From an uncultured Thermoleophilia bacterium (lineage in GTDB: Bacteria > Actinomycetota > Thermoleophilia > UBA2241), in the NCBI GenBank assembly GCA_903927755.1, contig CAIYOD010000139.1, positions 185-64,184 on the forward strand: 64,000 nucleotides of DNA, written 5' to 3'. A program made the position numbers and the translations under genes. Position 1 is the stretch's first letter. Every line of letters begins with the position of its first letter. Of this stretch, positions 19,611-29,791 are shown piece after piece. The notes below the pieces were generated by a model that did not search any database, was not told the origin of the DNA, and was given only the letters and a program-made list of their open reading frames with translations.

Positions 19611-20929
19611 GTGCGGCCTTCGGACGTGACCTCGCGGATCAGGCCGGCCGCAAGGAGTACCGAGGCGAGCGGGTAGAGTCGCTTCACCGGCACGCCGATG
19701 GTGTCGCTGATGCCGATCAGGTCAGTCTGCCCATCCGCATACGCAAGCAGGTCCACGAGCTCGCCGACGTCCGCGTGGACCTCTCTCGTGCCCAGCGTGG
19801 GATACAGCGAGCGCCGCCCCAACTGCGGCTCTCCCAGGCAGGTGGCCTGATAGGTGCGGTTGCGCTCCAGGAGTTCCAGGCAGTCGCGCAGGACATCGAA
19901 CCCGCCCTGCAGGCCCTCGGGCGTGACCAGGCTCAGGTCGTCCAGCGACGTGTGGTACTCCGGGTACTCGCGGTACTTCGACCGCATGACGGAGGCCACC
20001 GGCAGATCCACGCCGGGGCTGCAGTACTGGCGCTCGTCGCTTCCCCGGTCGAGATACGTGTACTCGATGAACTCGGGATGCGAGGACCGCAGGACGTTCA
20101 GCGCCGCACGATCGGCCAGCGTGCTCCCGCGTCGAGAGGGCAGATAAGAGAACGCCCGGTCGTCGCCCACGCAGGTCACGTTGAAGCCCGCGACGACTCT
20201 CCGTCGGAGCTCGTCGAGGTGCCGGCTCAGGTAGGTGAGCGAGCCGATGGTCTCCGGTACGAACGCGACGCGGTACGTGTACCGGCGCTCCGGCAGGTCC
20301 GCGAGCCAGCGGGCGAGGAACGTGGTGACGACCGGACCCGACAGCTCGTTGTTGGCCATGGACGGGTGGCACACGTAGGTGGACAGGAAGACCTCCTCCT
20401 CCGACTCCCCCGGGATGATGAGCTCCCCGTAGGTCAGAGAGCCGTCGGAGAGGTCGCTGTCGATGACCACGTGGTAGGCGCCCTCCACAAGGCTGTCTCG
20501 CTGCCGCTGGGTCAGGCAGAACCCCCACCGCTCCTCGTAGTAGGAGGTGACATAGGGGATCGCGTCCGGCATGTCCTCGAGCGAATGAAGGTGGGGCTGC
20601 AGCTCTGCCAGAGAGAGATCGAGGTCCACCGGCACCGAATAGCCGACGACATGCAGGTTGTTTCGCCGGAAGTCCACGAGCCGCTCACCCTGTGCATCGC
20701 TGATGAACGCGTCGCGGATGTTCCATTCCCTCGGGACGACCCAGTCCAGGACCGGAGTGCCGGTGGGGACCTCGTGGATGGTGAGCGGCACGTAGTCCTG
20801 AAGCATCCGCAGCGTGGCCCTGACCCCATCGCCCGTGATGCTCCGGCAGATCGGAAAGAGCCGACGGACGAGGTCGTGCAACTCGAGCGCGTGCTCCTGC
20901 GAAACGGTGGATGTGGAGTCGTCGACCAT
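19607..20929 (-). CDS. Aminopeptidase-like DUF2172/DUF4910 protein, common in glycan gene clusters
   Basis: The run LHDLVRRLFPICRSITGDGVRATLRMLQDYVPLTIHEVPTGTPVLDWVVPREWNIRDAFI is characteristic of this family. The stop overlaps the downstream gene's start by 4 nt. Confidence 0.75.
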   Translation of the reverse strand: MVDDSTSTVSQEHALELHDLVRRLFPICRSITGDGVRATLRMLQDYVPLTIHEVPTGTPVLDWVVPREWNIRDAFISDAQGERLVDFRRNNLHVVGYSVPVDLDLSLAELQPHLHSLEDMPDAIPYVTSYYEERWGFCLTQRQRDSLVEGAYHVVIDSDLSDGSLTYGELIIPGESEEEVFLSTYVCHPSMANNELSGPVVTTFLARWLADLPERRYTYRVAFVPETIGSLTYLSRHLDELRRRVVAGFNVTCVGDDRAFSYLPSRRGSTLADRAALNVLRSSHPEFIEYTYLDRGSDERQYCSPGVDLPVASVMRSKYREYPEYHTSLDDLSLVTPEGLQGGFDVLRDCLELLERNRTYQATCLGEPQLGRRSLYPTLGTREVHADVGELVDLLAYADGQTDLIGISDTIGVPVKRLYPLASVLLAAGLIREVTSEGRT

Positions 20930-20961
20930 GGGTCTTCAGCATAGCGCGGCCTCGCCGGCCG

Positions 20962-22389
20962 CTATGCGCCGCCTCCGAGGTCCTCCTGAGCGCGCCGGTA
21001 GTCGTCCGGGCTGCCGATGTCGAGCCAGTACTCGATGATGGGAAAGCTCGCCACGACGCGGCCCTCCTCGATCAGCGCCTTGATGAGGTCGGTCATGTCG
21101 AAGTAGGTGCCCTCGGGGATACTGTCCCACGCGCTGGGTTCGAGCAGGTAGATGCCGGCGTTGATGAAGAACGTCAACGACGGCTTCTCGCGCAACTCGG
21201 ACACGCGGAACCCGTCGCACTCCACCACGCCGAACGGCACGTCGATGACGTACCGGCGCACGCCCACCGTGAGCTCCGCCTCGTACCCGCGATGGTAGTC
21301 GAGCATCTCCTCGAACGGGACGCCGGTGAGGATGTCGCCGTTGATCACCACGAAAGGTCCGGCCGGCCGATTGATGAGCTTGAGTCCGCCGGCGGTCCCC
21401 TGGGGCTGGTCCTCGTTCGCGTAGTTGATGCGGACGCCGAACCCCTCGCCGTCGCCGAAGTGCCCCTCGATGCGATCGCCCAGGTAGTGGGTCGTCATAC
21501 TGACGTCGCGGATGCCGGAGCGGCGCAACTGCCTGATGGTCCGCTCCAGCACGGGGCGATCGCCCACGGGCAGCATCGGCTTAGGCACGCTCTCGGTCAG
21601 CGGCATGAGCCGCTTGCCGAAGCCGCCGGCCATGATGACCGCGGAGAGCTCGGGACGGGTATCGACGGCGATGTCGCGGCGCAACAGCAGGTCCGTGACC
21701 GCGCCGCTCGCATCCAGGAGCGGGAGCTGGTCGATCTCGTGCTCGACCATCATATCCAGCGCGTCCGCCGTCGAGATCGAGGCATCGGCGGTCACCGGCC
21801 GGGCGAAGGCGATCGTCCGGCACGGGTCGGTGAGCGGCACGTCGCGCAGGATGGCGCGTCGCAGGTCGCCGTCGGCGAGCAGACCGGCGAGCCGGCGCCC
21901 CTCCGTGCAGAGGAGGAGCGCACCGGTGCCCGCCCGGTCGAGCTGCTCGATGGCCGTGGCGATGGGCGTGTCGGGATCCACGATGACAGAGGCGAGCCGT
22001 CGTTCCGACGCCTCCTCGACCGCCTCTCGCGTCGCCAGTTCGGTGCGCAGCAGCAGATCGACCAGCACGCCCTTCTCGTCCACCACCGGGAGATGGTTCA
22101 CATCGTGCCGGGTCATCAGGTGAAGCGCTTCGCCGGCGGAGATCGGCGACGGGACGACGACCGGCGAGTGATTGGCCACCTTCTCACAAGGATCCGCCGT
22201 CGACACGCCGTGCAGGACTGCTCTGCGGATGTCGCCGTCGGTGAGGAACGCGACCAGCTTGCCGTCCGCCGCGCACAGGACCAGTCCGCCTGTGCCCGCC
22301 GCGTCCATGCGCGCCAATGCGTCCGCGATGCTCGCCTCGGGCAAGATCGTGACCTCGTCGATCCGGGGGTTCCGGCCGCCCTCAGTCAT
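20962..22389 (-). CDS. Sugar-phosphate nucleotidyltransferase with two N-terminal CBS pairs (PtmE-like architecture)
   Basis: Two CBS-pair regions (GKLVAFLTDGDIRRAVL, RRLAGLLADGDLRRAIL) are followed by the NTP-transferase signature AVIMAGGFGKRLMPLTESVPKPMLPV. Confidence 0.85.
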   Translation of the reverse strand: MTEGGRNPRIDEVTILPEASIADALARMDAAGTGGLVLCAADGKLVAFLTDGDIRRAVLHGVSTADPCEKVANHSPVVVPSPISAGEALHLMTRHDVNHLPVVDEKGVLVDLLLRTELATREAVEEASERRLASVIVDPDTPIATAIEQLDRAGTGALLLCTEGRRLAGLLADGDLRRAILRDVPLTDPCRTIAFARPVTADASISTADALDMMVEHEIDQLPLLDASGAVTDLLLRRDIAVDTRPELSAVIMAGGFGKRLMPLTESVPKPMLPVGDRPVLERTIRQLRRSGIRDVSMTTHYLGDRIEGHFGDGEGFGVRINYANEDQPQGTAGGLKLINRPAGPFVVINGDILTGVPFEEMLDYHRGYEAELTVGVRRYVIDVPFGVVECDGFRVSELREKPSLTFFINAGIYLLEPSAWDSIPEGTYFDMTDLIKALIEEGRVVASFPIIEYWLDIGSPDDYRRAQEDLGGGA

Positions 22390-23788
22390 CGCCGGCGGCC
22401 CCCTTCGCTCCGGTACGTGACCCCGGCCAGACGGTCCTGGTCACGGCTCCCGTGGCCGCATCCAAAGTGGCCACCGTCGTGGCACCACTGGCATTGTTCG
22501 CAGCGACTCCGATTGCTTCGAGGGCGCGCAGCGGGAACGTGTCCTCGTCCAGCACGTACCGCCACTCGTGGAACGGCACGCCGATGTCGAAGTCGTCGTA
22601 GTGATACGTGCGGGCCTGCGTCTTCAGCGCCAGCCAGGGCTGCGGCCCGAAGGTCGGGGTCTGCGAGGCGACGCGCAGGACGTGCCTGCCGTCGTCCATG
22701 GCTTCCAGGGAGACGTCCAGCTCGCAGGGCGGCTGGACGGGCAGCCCGAGAGCGTCGCGCATGGCCTCGACGGCCTCGCTGTAGCGGAAGGGGACGTCAG
22801 GGAACTCCGCGGCCGCGGCGGCAAGAAGAGCCCGGACCGCGTCGACATCCGGCCGCATGTCGCGGAAGTCGTGGTTGGTCACCGCGAGCACCACCGGCTT
22901 GCCTGCGCGAGCCTCGCTGAACGCCTGGCGCACGTCGCGCTCGGTGAGGAGCCGATAACGCGTGCCGATGTTGAGGCAGCGGGCGATCCAGCGGCGGCAA
23001 TCGCCCGGCGTCTGGTAGTCGTCGTGCGCCGGGTGATAGGGCTGCCAGACGGCCGGCGCCCGGCGCCAGTCACCGAGCCGGCCACCCTCGAGATCCGCGT
23101 CCGCGCCGTCCTCACTCGAGGGCAGCATCGCCTGGCTGGAGAAGTCGAACGGGACGTACTGCTCGAGGAACCAGTGGCTTTCGGGACGGATCACGTGGAA
23201 GCCAGGGCGATGTGCAGCGGGGAACCACCCACGGTCGATCACCCGGCGGGAGAGCGTCTGGAACAGACTGTCGGAGGCGGCCCACCAGTGGGTGGCGCAG
23301 CGGTGGGCCTCCCGGCTGAACGCGTGCGGGTGGTAGTGGAAGTGGAGGCCGTCCTGGTCGGAGGCCGTCTCCCGGAGGATGCCGCGGTAGTGGTCGAACA
23401 CGTTGTGGTAGCCGATGTCCCGGCGCCGCGGATTGACGTCGTAGTCGACATGGTCGACGCAGAACCAGTTGTAGACCCAGCCGCCGCCGTACGAGTCGGG
23501 GAGTGCGTCGCGAAACGCCGGAGAAAGGCACTCGGCAAGCATCTCGTCGACCTTGTCCCACGTGTCGTTGTAGGCGAGCAGGTGCGGGTCGACGACCTTC
23601 TGCACGGCATCCTCGATGCCGCCGAGGTCGAGCTCTCCCGCCTGCAGACTGCGGAGCGTGGCGCGGCTGGGCTCGAGTTCGAGGCCGAAGATGTCGCGCA
23701 GACGGTCGAACGTTGCGTCCACCGACTCGTACAGCGGCCCCTCGGTGTCGATGCAGTGGACGATATGGACGGTGGCTGCGCCGCTCAT
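22382..23788 (-). CDS. Uncharacterised His-rich protein in the nonulosonic-acid module (possible metal-dependent hydrolase/deacetylase)
   Basis: 468-aa ORF with strong coding bias, tightly packed between the NTP-transferase and the NeuB-family gene. Motifs HIVHCIDTEGP, GLHFHYHPHAF and LAVTNHDFRD. I recognise no known family. Confidence 0.7.
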   Translation of the reverse strand: MSGAATVHIVHCIDTEGPLYESVDATFDRLRDIFGLELEPSRATLRSLQAGELDLGGIEDAVQKVVDPHLLAYNDTWDKVDEMLAECLSPAFRDALPDSYGGGWVYNWFCVDHVDYDVNPRRRDIGYHNVFDHYRGILRETASDQDGLHFHYHPHAFSREAHRCATHWWAASDSLFQTLSRRVIDRGWFPAAHRPGFHVIRPESHWFLEQYVPFDFSSQAMLPSSEDGADADLEGGRLGDWRRAPAVWQPYHPAHDDYQTPGDCRRWIARCLNIGTRYRLLTERDVRQAFSEARAGKPVVLAVTNHDFRDMRPDVDAVRALLAAAAAEFPDVPFRYSEAVEAMRDALGLPVQPPCELDVSLEAMDDGRHVLRVASQTPTFGPQPWLALKTQARTYHYDDFDIGVPFHEWRYVLDEDTFPLRALEAIGVAANNASGATTVATLDAATGAVTRTVWPGSRTGAKGAAGDD

Positions 23789-24841
23789 CTAGACGAGATC
23801 CTCCCAGCGAAGCACGTGGTCCTCTTCCAGGTCGAGGGCAAGGCTCCGGCCGACGACGTAGGGCAGCTCGGCCGGGGAGATGCCGGTCCCGGGTCGTTTG
23901 GCCGTGAGGTCCTCCTCCCGGAGGATGTCGCCACGGCCGAGCGCCCGCCCGGTCACGAGGCTGCGGCGGAACCGCTCGCGCTTCTCGATCTCCGCCGGCG
24001 TCACGATGCGCGTCCTGCCGCCGAGCGAGGCGAAGACGTTCTGCCCCTCCTCGACGATGACGCGCAGCTCGGCCGGATCGGCCGAGATGGCGTGATCCCA
24101 GCCCTCCATCTCCTTGTCGACCGTGAAGTGCTTCTCGATCACGCAGGCGCCGAGCGCGATGGCCGCGAGAGGCACCGACGTCCCGAGCGTGTGGTCGCTG
24201 AAGCCCACCGGCACGCCGAACGCGTCGCGCAGCATCGGGATGTTCAGCAGCCGGACCGCGGCGTAGTCGGGAGGGTAGATGGAGACGCAGTGCAGCAGCG
24301 CGATGTCCTCAGTGCCGGCCTCGCGGATGACGGCGACCGCCCGCTCGATCTCACCCAGCGTCGCCATCCCGGTCGCGAACAGAATGGGGCGCCGCTTGCC
24401 GGCGACGTACTCGATCAGCGGCAGATTGGTGACGTCCATGGAAGCGATCTTGTAGAACGGAACGTCCATCCCGTCCAGCAGGTCGGCCTCCTCGGGTGAG
24501 AACGCGCTCGAACAGAACGCGATCCCACGCTCCCGACACCAGCCCTGCGCGACCACGTGCTGCTCCGGCGTGAACTGGTACGCGCGCACCATCTCGCGCA
24601 GCGTCCCGAAGTGCTTCTTCTTGTCGTCGTAGGCGAGATTGCGCTCGTACTCCTCGTGAGCGATGAGCGACGACTCGCTCCAGGACTGGAACTTGACGGC
24701 GTCGGCGCCGGCATCCGCCGCGGCGTCGATGAGCCGGTGACACAGGTCCATGTCGCCGTTGTGGTTGGACCCGATCTCGGCGATCACGTACGGGGGCCGT
24801 CCGTCGCCGATAGCGACGTCCCCCAGCGAGATGCTCTTCAC
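23789..24841 (-). CDS. neuB: Nonulosonic acid synthase (NeuB/LegI/PseI family)
   Basis: Family signature PYVIAEIGSNHNGDMDL, a TIM-barrel region and a C-terminal SAF-like domain (LTAKRPGTGISPAEL). The preferred start is GTG at 24841 (VKSISLGD), abutting the upstream stop. The ORF track extends it to 24904. Confidence 0.9.
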   Translation of the reverse strand: MKSISLGDVAIGDGRPPYVIAEIGSNHNGDMDLCHRLIDAAADAGADAVKFQSWSESSLIAHEEYERNLAYDDKKKHFGTLREMVRAYQFTPEQHVVAQGWCRERGIAFCSSAFSPEEADLLDGMDVPFYKIASMDVTNLPLIEYVAGKRRPILFATGMATLGEIERAVAVIREAGTEDIALLHCVSIYPPDYAAVRLLNIPMLRDAFGVPVGFSDHTLGTSVPLAAIALGACVIEKHFTVDKEMEGWDHAISADPAELRVIVEEGQNVFASLGGRTRIVTPAEIEKRERFRRSLVTGRALGRGDILREEDLTAKRPGTGISPAELPYVVGRSLALDLEEDHVLRWEDLV

Positions 24842-25755
24842 TACTCCCCCTCTTCGGTCGCCCACAGGTGCCGCAGCGCCGGGTGCGCGACCCACGCCCA
24901 CCATAGCATCGGAGTACCCAGTTCGTTGAGTGCGGCCACGTACCGGCTGAGGACCTCCCCGCGCCCGACCACCCGGGCCTTGAACGTATCGACCTCTTCG
25001 GCCGCGGCCTCAAGCGCGGCGAGGCGGTCGGGTCGTGCGCCCGACAGGTCGGACGCACGGACCAGACGGTAGTGCTCCACCACGAGATCCGCGTCCTCCG
25101 CGACCTGCGACGCCGGATACGGCCCGCGTACGCGGGCCGTGTTGGCGCCGTACTGCCGGTAGTCCATCTCCACCCGGTCGCCGTAGGCGAACCGGGCGCC
25201 GAAGAGCCAGGCTCTTGTCGCGAGGTACCAGTCCACAAGGACGGCGGCGGCCGGGATCGGCATGCACCTCTCCAGGAGGCCGGCACGTACCGCCGAGTTC
25301 GACATGCCGAACGCGTTGGTGTGAGGGAAGATGGCGGCGAGGTCCGCGCCGGCCGGCGGTGCGAAGGTCATCCCGAGACCGGCGCCGCGGACGTCCACCA
25401 CTCGCAGCGGGCACCCCACGAACTCGTCGGCGGCAAGCATGGCGCGGGCGGTCGCGACGCGCGACGGATGCAGCAGGTCGTCGCTGTCGACGAGCACGAC
25501 GGCGTCGTGCCGTTCCACGACCTGTGCCAGCGCCCGCTGACGGAGAGACCCCGGCGTGTCGCCGGGGATGCCCTGCACCCAGACCGCATCAGGCTCGGCC
25601 CCCATCGCCGCCGTGGCGGCCTCGACGTCCATGACGTCGAGGCCGATCCAGAGCCGGAAGTCGGCGTCCGTCTGCCGCGCTACGGAGGCGTGCCAGTCGG
25701 CGAGGAACGACTCCACCCCGGGATAGACGGTCGTATAGAGGGCGAGGCTCGTCAC
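24841..25755 (-). CDS. GT-A fold (GT2-like) glycosyltransferase, putative
   Basis: The N-terminus LALYTTVYPGVESFLADWHASVARQT and the DxD-type motif AVVLVDSDDLLHPSRV resemble family 2 glycosyltransferases. Confidence 0.6.
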   Translation of the reverse strand: MTSLALYTTVYPGVESFLADWHASVARQTDADFRLWIGLDVMDVEAATAAMGAEPDAVWVQGIPGDTPGSLRQRALAQVVERHDAVVLVDSDDLLHPSRVATARAMLAADEFVGCPLRVVDVRGAGLGMTFAPPAGADLAAIFPHTNAFGMSNSAVRAGLLERCMPIPAAAVLVDWYLATRAWLFGARFAYGDRVEMDYRQYGANTARVRGPYPASQVAEDADLVVEHYRLVRASDLSGARPDRLAALEAAAEEVDTFKARVVGRGEVLSRYVAALNELGTPMLWWAWVAHPALRHLWATEEGE

Positions 25756-25758
25756 GGC

Positions 25759-26472
25759 CTAGGCAGGCTCGCTCCGCTCCATGCTGAGCAGCACGAGCGC
25801 CATGTCCAGGTCGTCCTGCGTGTCGATGTCGACGCCGCGCTGCCAGGGGATCTCCCAGCCGGTCCGGCCGGCCATATGGAAGGTGCCCTCGCGACGCAGG
25901 GCGTCGGCCCTCGCCCACCACACCGCGCCCGTCGGGCAGAACAGCTCCGGGAGGTCCTGGCTGCGGGCGGTCGCGGCCTCGGTGAAGAGCGGTTCGAGGG
26001 CGAGGTCGTCGCCGCGCCGCATCGCCCACCACGGGTTCTGCCATCCATAACGCACCACGGAGATCTGCGACTCCGCCTCGGTGCGCTCGAACTGCTCGCA
26101 ACTCGAGACCAGGTCGCGGGCGTCACGCAAGGGGCAGTTCGGCATGAGCTGGCAGACGGAGGCGAATCCGTCGCCCGAGGGATCGAGCCGCTCGAGAGCG
26201 TCGACGGTGGCCGCCGAGACCGGCACGAAGTCGTCGGACAGCCGAGCCTCCCGCAGGAAGGGGACCTCGGCGCCGTGACGGCTGGCGGCCTCCGCGATCT
26301 CCTCGCTGTCCGTCGAGACCACGACGCGCTCGAACAGACCGCTCTCGAGAGCCGCCTCAAGGGTGTAGGCGAGCAGCGGCCGGTCCAGCAGCGGCACGAG
26401 GTTCTTGCCGGGGATCCTCTTGGAGCCGCCGCGGGCGGGGATCACCGCGAGACGGCCCGGAACCGCGCTCAC
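25759..26472 (-). CDS. neuA: CMP-nonulosonic acid synthetase (acylneuraminate cytidylyltransferase family, NeuA/LegF/PseF-like)
   Basis: Signature LAVIPARGGSKRIPGKNLVPLLDRPLLAYT; 237 aa. Confidence 0.9.
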   Translation of the reverse strand: MSAVPGRLAVIPARGGSKRIPGKNLVPLLDRPLLAYTLEAALESGLFERVVVSTDSEEIAEAASRHGAEVPFLREARLSDDFVPVSAATVDALERLDPSGDGFASVCQLMPNCPLRDARDLVSSCEQFERTEAESQISVVRYGWQNPWWAMRRGDDLALEPLFTEAATARSQDLPELFCPTGAVWWARADALRREGTFHMAGRTGWEIPWQRGVDIDTQDDLDMALVLLSMERSEPA

Positions 26473-27098
26473 GACAGCCTCCTGGCAGGGCTGCCTACGT
26501 ACACGCCGGGTTCGGAGACGTCCGCGACCACGACGGCGCCGGCGCCGACGACGCTGCCGGCGCAGATGGAGACGCCGTGGATGACGGTGGCGCCGGCGCC
26601 GATCATGCAGTGATCGCCGATCCGCACGCCGCCGCTCACGGTCGCGCCGGGCGCCACATGAACGTCGTCGCCGAGGATGCAGTCGTGCTCGATCGTCGCG
26701 TTGGTGTTGAGGATGCAGGCGTCGCCGGTCTGCGCGCCACTGTTCACGATGACGCCGTCGAACACCATGGTGCCGGCGCCGAGCCGCACCTCTTCATTCA
26801 CGACCGAGTGTGGCGAGACGACCACCGGCGTCTCGAAGCCGACTGCGGCGGCGGCGCGCTGCAGTCGCAGCCGGAGCGAGGAGCCGTCGACCTTACCGAC
26901 GCCGACAAGCGCTGCGCAGCCGGGGTGCCCGGCGAGGACGCCGGCCAGCGCGTCGTCGCTTCCGAGGCGCGCCGCGCCGAGGATCACGCCCCGATCGTCC
27001 CGGTCCGTATAGCCGACGATGCTCCAGCCCAGCTTGCGCAGGACCGCGATGAGCACCTTGGCGTGCCCCCCGCCCCCGATGACGACCGCATCAGCCAC
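26469..27098 (-). CDS. neuD: NeuD/PglD/LegH-type sugar N-acetyltransferase (hexapeptide repeat)
   Basis: N-terminal VVIGGGGHAKVLIAVLRKLGW is followed by a left-handed beta-helix hexapeptide region (IGDHCMIGAGATVIHGVSICAGSVVGAGAVV). Overlaps the downstream gene by 4 nt. Confidence 0.85.
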   Translation of the reverse strand: MADAVVIGGGGHAKVLIAVLRKLGWSIVGYTDRDDRGVILGAARLGSDDALAGVLAGHPGCAALVGVGKVDGSSLRLRLQRAAAAVGFETPVVVSPHSVVNEEVRLGAGTMVFDGVIVNSGAQTGDACILNTNATIEHDCILGDDVHVAPGATVSGGVRIGDHCMIGAGATVIHGVSICAGSVVGAGAVVVADVSEPGVYVGSPARRLS

Positions 27099-27286
27099 GT
27101 CTGCCCACCACTCCTCTCTTGCGGTCCGGCCGCAGCCCGACCACTACACGATAGCATCGGCCCGACAGACTCCGCGCAAGCCGCCAGCCTGCTGAGCGAC
27201 CCGTGCGAGGCGAGGGGGTGCTCGGCCGGCCGCGCGCAAGGAGGGCTTCGTCGTCCTGGGCCCGCGCGAGTTGGCGCCCGCTCAGC

Positions 27287-28912
27287 TCAGTACGCCCCGC
27301 GCTTATTGAGCACCGCGGGCACCGTCTCCATCAGGAGCTTGATGTCCCAGCTCAGGCTCCAGCCCGTGACGTACATGTAGTCGAGCTTCACCATCTCGTC
27401 GAACGGGATGTTGGTCCGCCCGAGCACCTGCCACAGGCCGGTGATCCCGGGCGTGATGTCCAGGCGCTTCTGCGTCCACCCGCGGCACTGCTTGGCCTCC
27501 TCGATCCACAGCGGCCGCGGGCCGACAAGGCTCATGTCGCCCTTCATCACGTTGAGGATCTGCGGCAGCTCGTCGATGCTCCAGCGACGCAGAGACCCGC
27601 CGATGCGCGTGATGCGCGGGTCTTCCTTGAGCTTGAACATGGGCCCGTCGTAGTCGTTCTGCATCTCCGCGAGCTCGAGCCGCGCCTCATCGGCGCCGAC
27701 GTACATCGAGCGGAACTTGAAGATCAGGAACGGCTTGCCCCCCCGCCCCATGCGCTCCTGGCGGTAGAAGACCGGCCCACGAGAATCCAGCTTGATGATG
27801 ATCGCCACGACGCCCATGAACGGCAGGATGGGGATGCAGAGCAGGCCGCCGACGACAAGGTCGAACGCGCGCTTGACGGCCATGTTGAAGCGGCTGAGCT
27901 CCACGTGGCCGACGTCGAGGAGCGGGATGCCCTCGACGTCGTCGACCAGCGCCCGCGAGCTCACGACCTCGAACAGCCGCGGCACGATGTTGACCTTGAC
28001 GCCGCTGTCGGCGCAGGCGCGCACGACGCGCAGGAAGTCGTTATGGCGCGCGCGAGAGAACGCCACGATCACCCGGTCGACCTGCTGCCCGGCGACGATC
28101 GCGTCCAGGTCGTCCAGCGCGCCAATGACCTTGACCTCAGGACCGCCGCGGCCGTTGCGCCGCGGCTCGCCGTCGTCCAGGAACCCGATGAGGTCGACGC
28201 GATACTCGGGATGCGCGGCGATCTTGGCCGCCAGCGTGTGGCCGACCTCTCCGGCTCCGATGATGAGCACTCGTTCCTTGAACGAGCGCCGCGACCAGAC
28301 CGTGACACGTCCGATCCACCGTGCGGACGGAACGAGGACCGCGGCGAAGGCCCAGAACACGATCAGCATGGCGATCGGCGCATCGGCGCCGAGGACCAGC
28401 GCCAGGACGATCAGGAGCAGCCAGCTCGCCGACGTCAGCGCGGTCAGGCCGTTGAGAGACTCGGCGAGGTTGAAGCCGCCGATGCTCCGCCCCGGCTCGC
28501 GGTACAGCCCGAACCCCCAGAGTGCCGCGATCCAGTACGGCGTGAGCACCAGAAGGAGAAGCGCCCCGGCGCCCGGCCTGCCCGCGAACGACCCGTTCAG
28601 CTCCCCAAGGAGCGGCAGGTGATGCAGCTCGAGGGCGAGCCCGACGGCGAGGAGCGCCGAGATCACGAGCGCGGTCGTGTCGGCGGTAAGCGTCGCTGCG
28701 ACGCGAAGACTCGACGGCCGGTGCGTCCTCACGCCGTCCTCACGGGTCCCCGCAGCAGTGCTGGACGCGTGTCGCGCCCGGTGTTGTTCGAGTGTGCCAT
28801 CAGTCACGTTCACAATATCGGCAACACCTGACGGACGCATGAGCGGAGACTCGCCCGCGGCAGGAGGAATCTCGCGAGGAGGCGGCTTCCCGGGTGGAGC
28901 GTGCAGTGCCAT
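27287..28912 (-). CDS. Polyprenyl-phosphate glycosyl-1-phosphate transferase (WbaP/large PGT type, priming enzyme)
   Basis: N-terminal TM bundle and a central Rossmann-like region (VLIIGAGEVG). The C-terminal Bac_transf domain reads KRAFDLVVGGLLCIPILPFMGVVAIIIKLDSRGPVFYRQERMGRGGKPFLIFKFRSM...DELPQILNVMKGDMSLVGPRP. Confidence 0.9.
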   Translation of the reverse strand: MALHAPPGKPPPREIPPAAGESPLMRPSGVADIVNVTDGTLEQHRARHASSTAAGTREDGVRTHRPSSLRVAATLTADTTALVISALLAVGLALELHHLPLLGELNGSFAGRPGAGALLLLVLTPYWIAALWGFGLYREPGRSIGGFNLAESLNGLTALTSASWLLLIVLALVLGADAPIAMLIVFWAFAAVLVPSARWIGRVTVWSRRSFKERVLIIGAGEVGHTLAAKIAAHPEYRVDLIGFLDDGEPRRNGRGGPEVKVIGALDDLDAIVAGQQVDRVIVAFSRARHNDFLRVVRACADSGVKVNIVPRLFEVVSSRALVDDVEGIPLLDVGHVELSRFNMAVKRAFDLVVGGLLCIPILPFMGVVAIIIKLDSRGPVFYRQERMGRGGKPFLIFKFRSMYVGADEARLELAEMQNDYDGPMFKLKEDPRITRIGGSLRRWSIDELPQILNVMKGDMSLVGPRPLWIEEAKQCRGWTQKRLDITPGITGLWQVLGRTNIPFDEMVKLDYMYVTGWSLSWDIKLLMETVPAVLNKRGAY

Positions 28913-28943
28913 CTGTCGTGTCTCCCCCGCCGGTCTCGACGCA

Positions 28944-29717
<774 letters not shown>

Positions 29718-29791
29718 AGCTCCATCCTACCCGACCTCCACCGGGAGAGACCCCAGCGCGTCCGGACTGGTCGTGCCATACTCAGCGCACG

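Noticed and set aside
20911-24499. Long plus-strand ORFs (20911..22920 and 22568..24499) opposite the CBS-nucleotidyltransferase, unknown-protein and NeuB genes
   Set aside because: They show the same antisense-frame artefact. No motifs are present, the composition is extreme in Arg/Asp/Gly, and the opposite strand encodes recognisable families.
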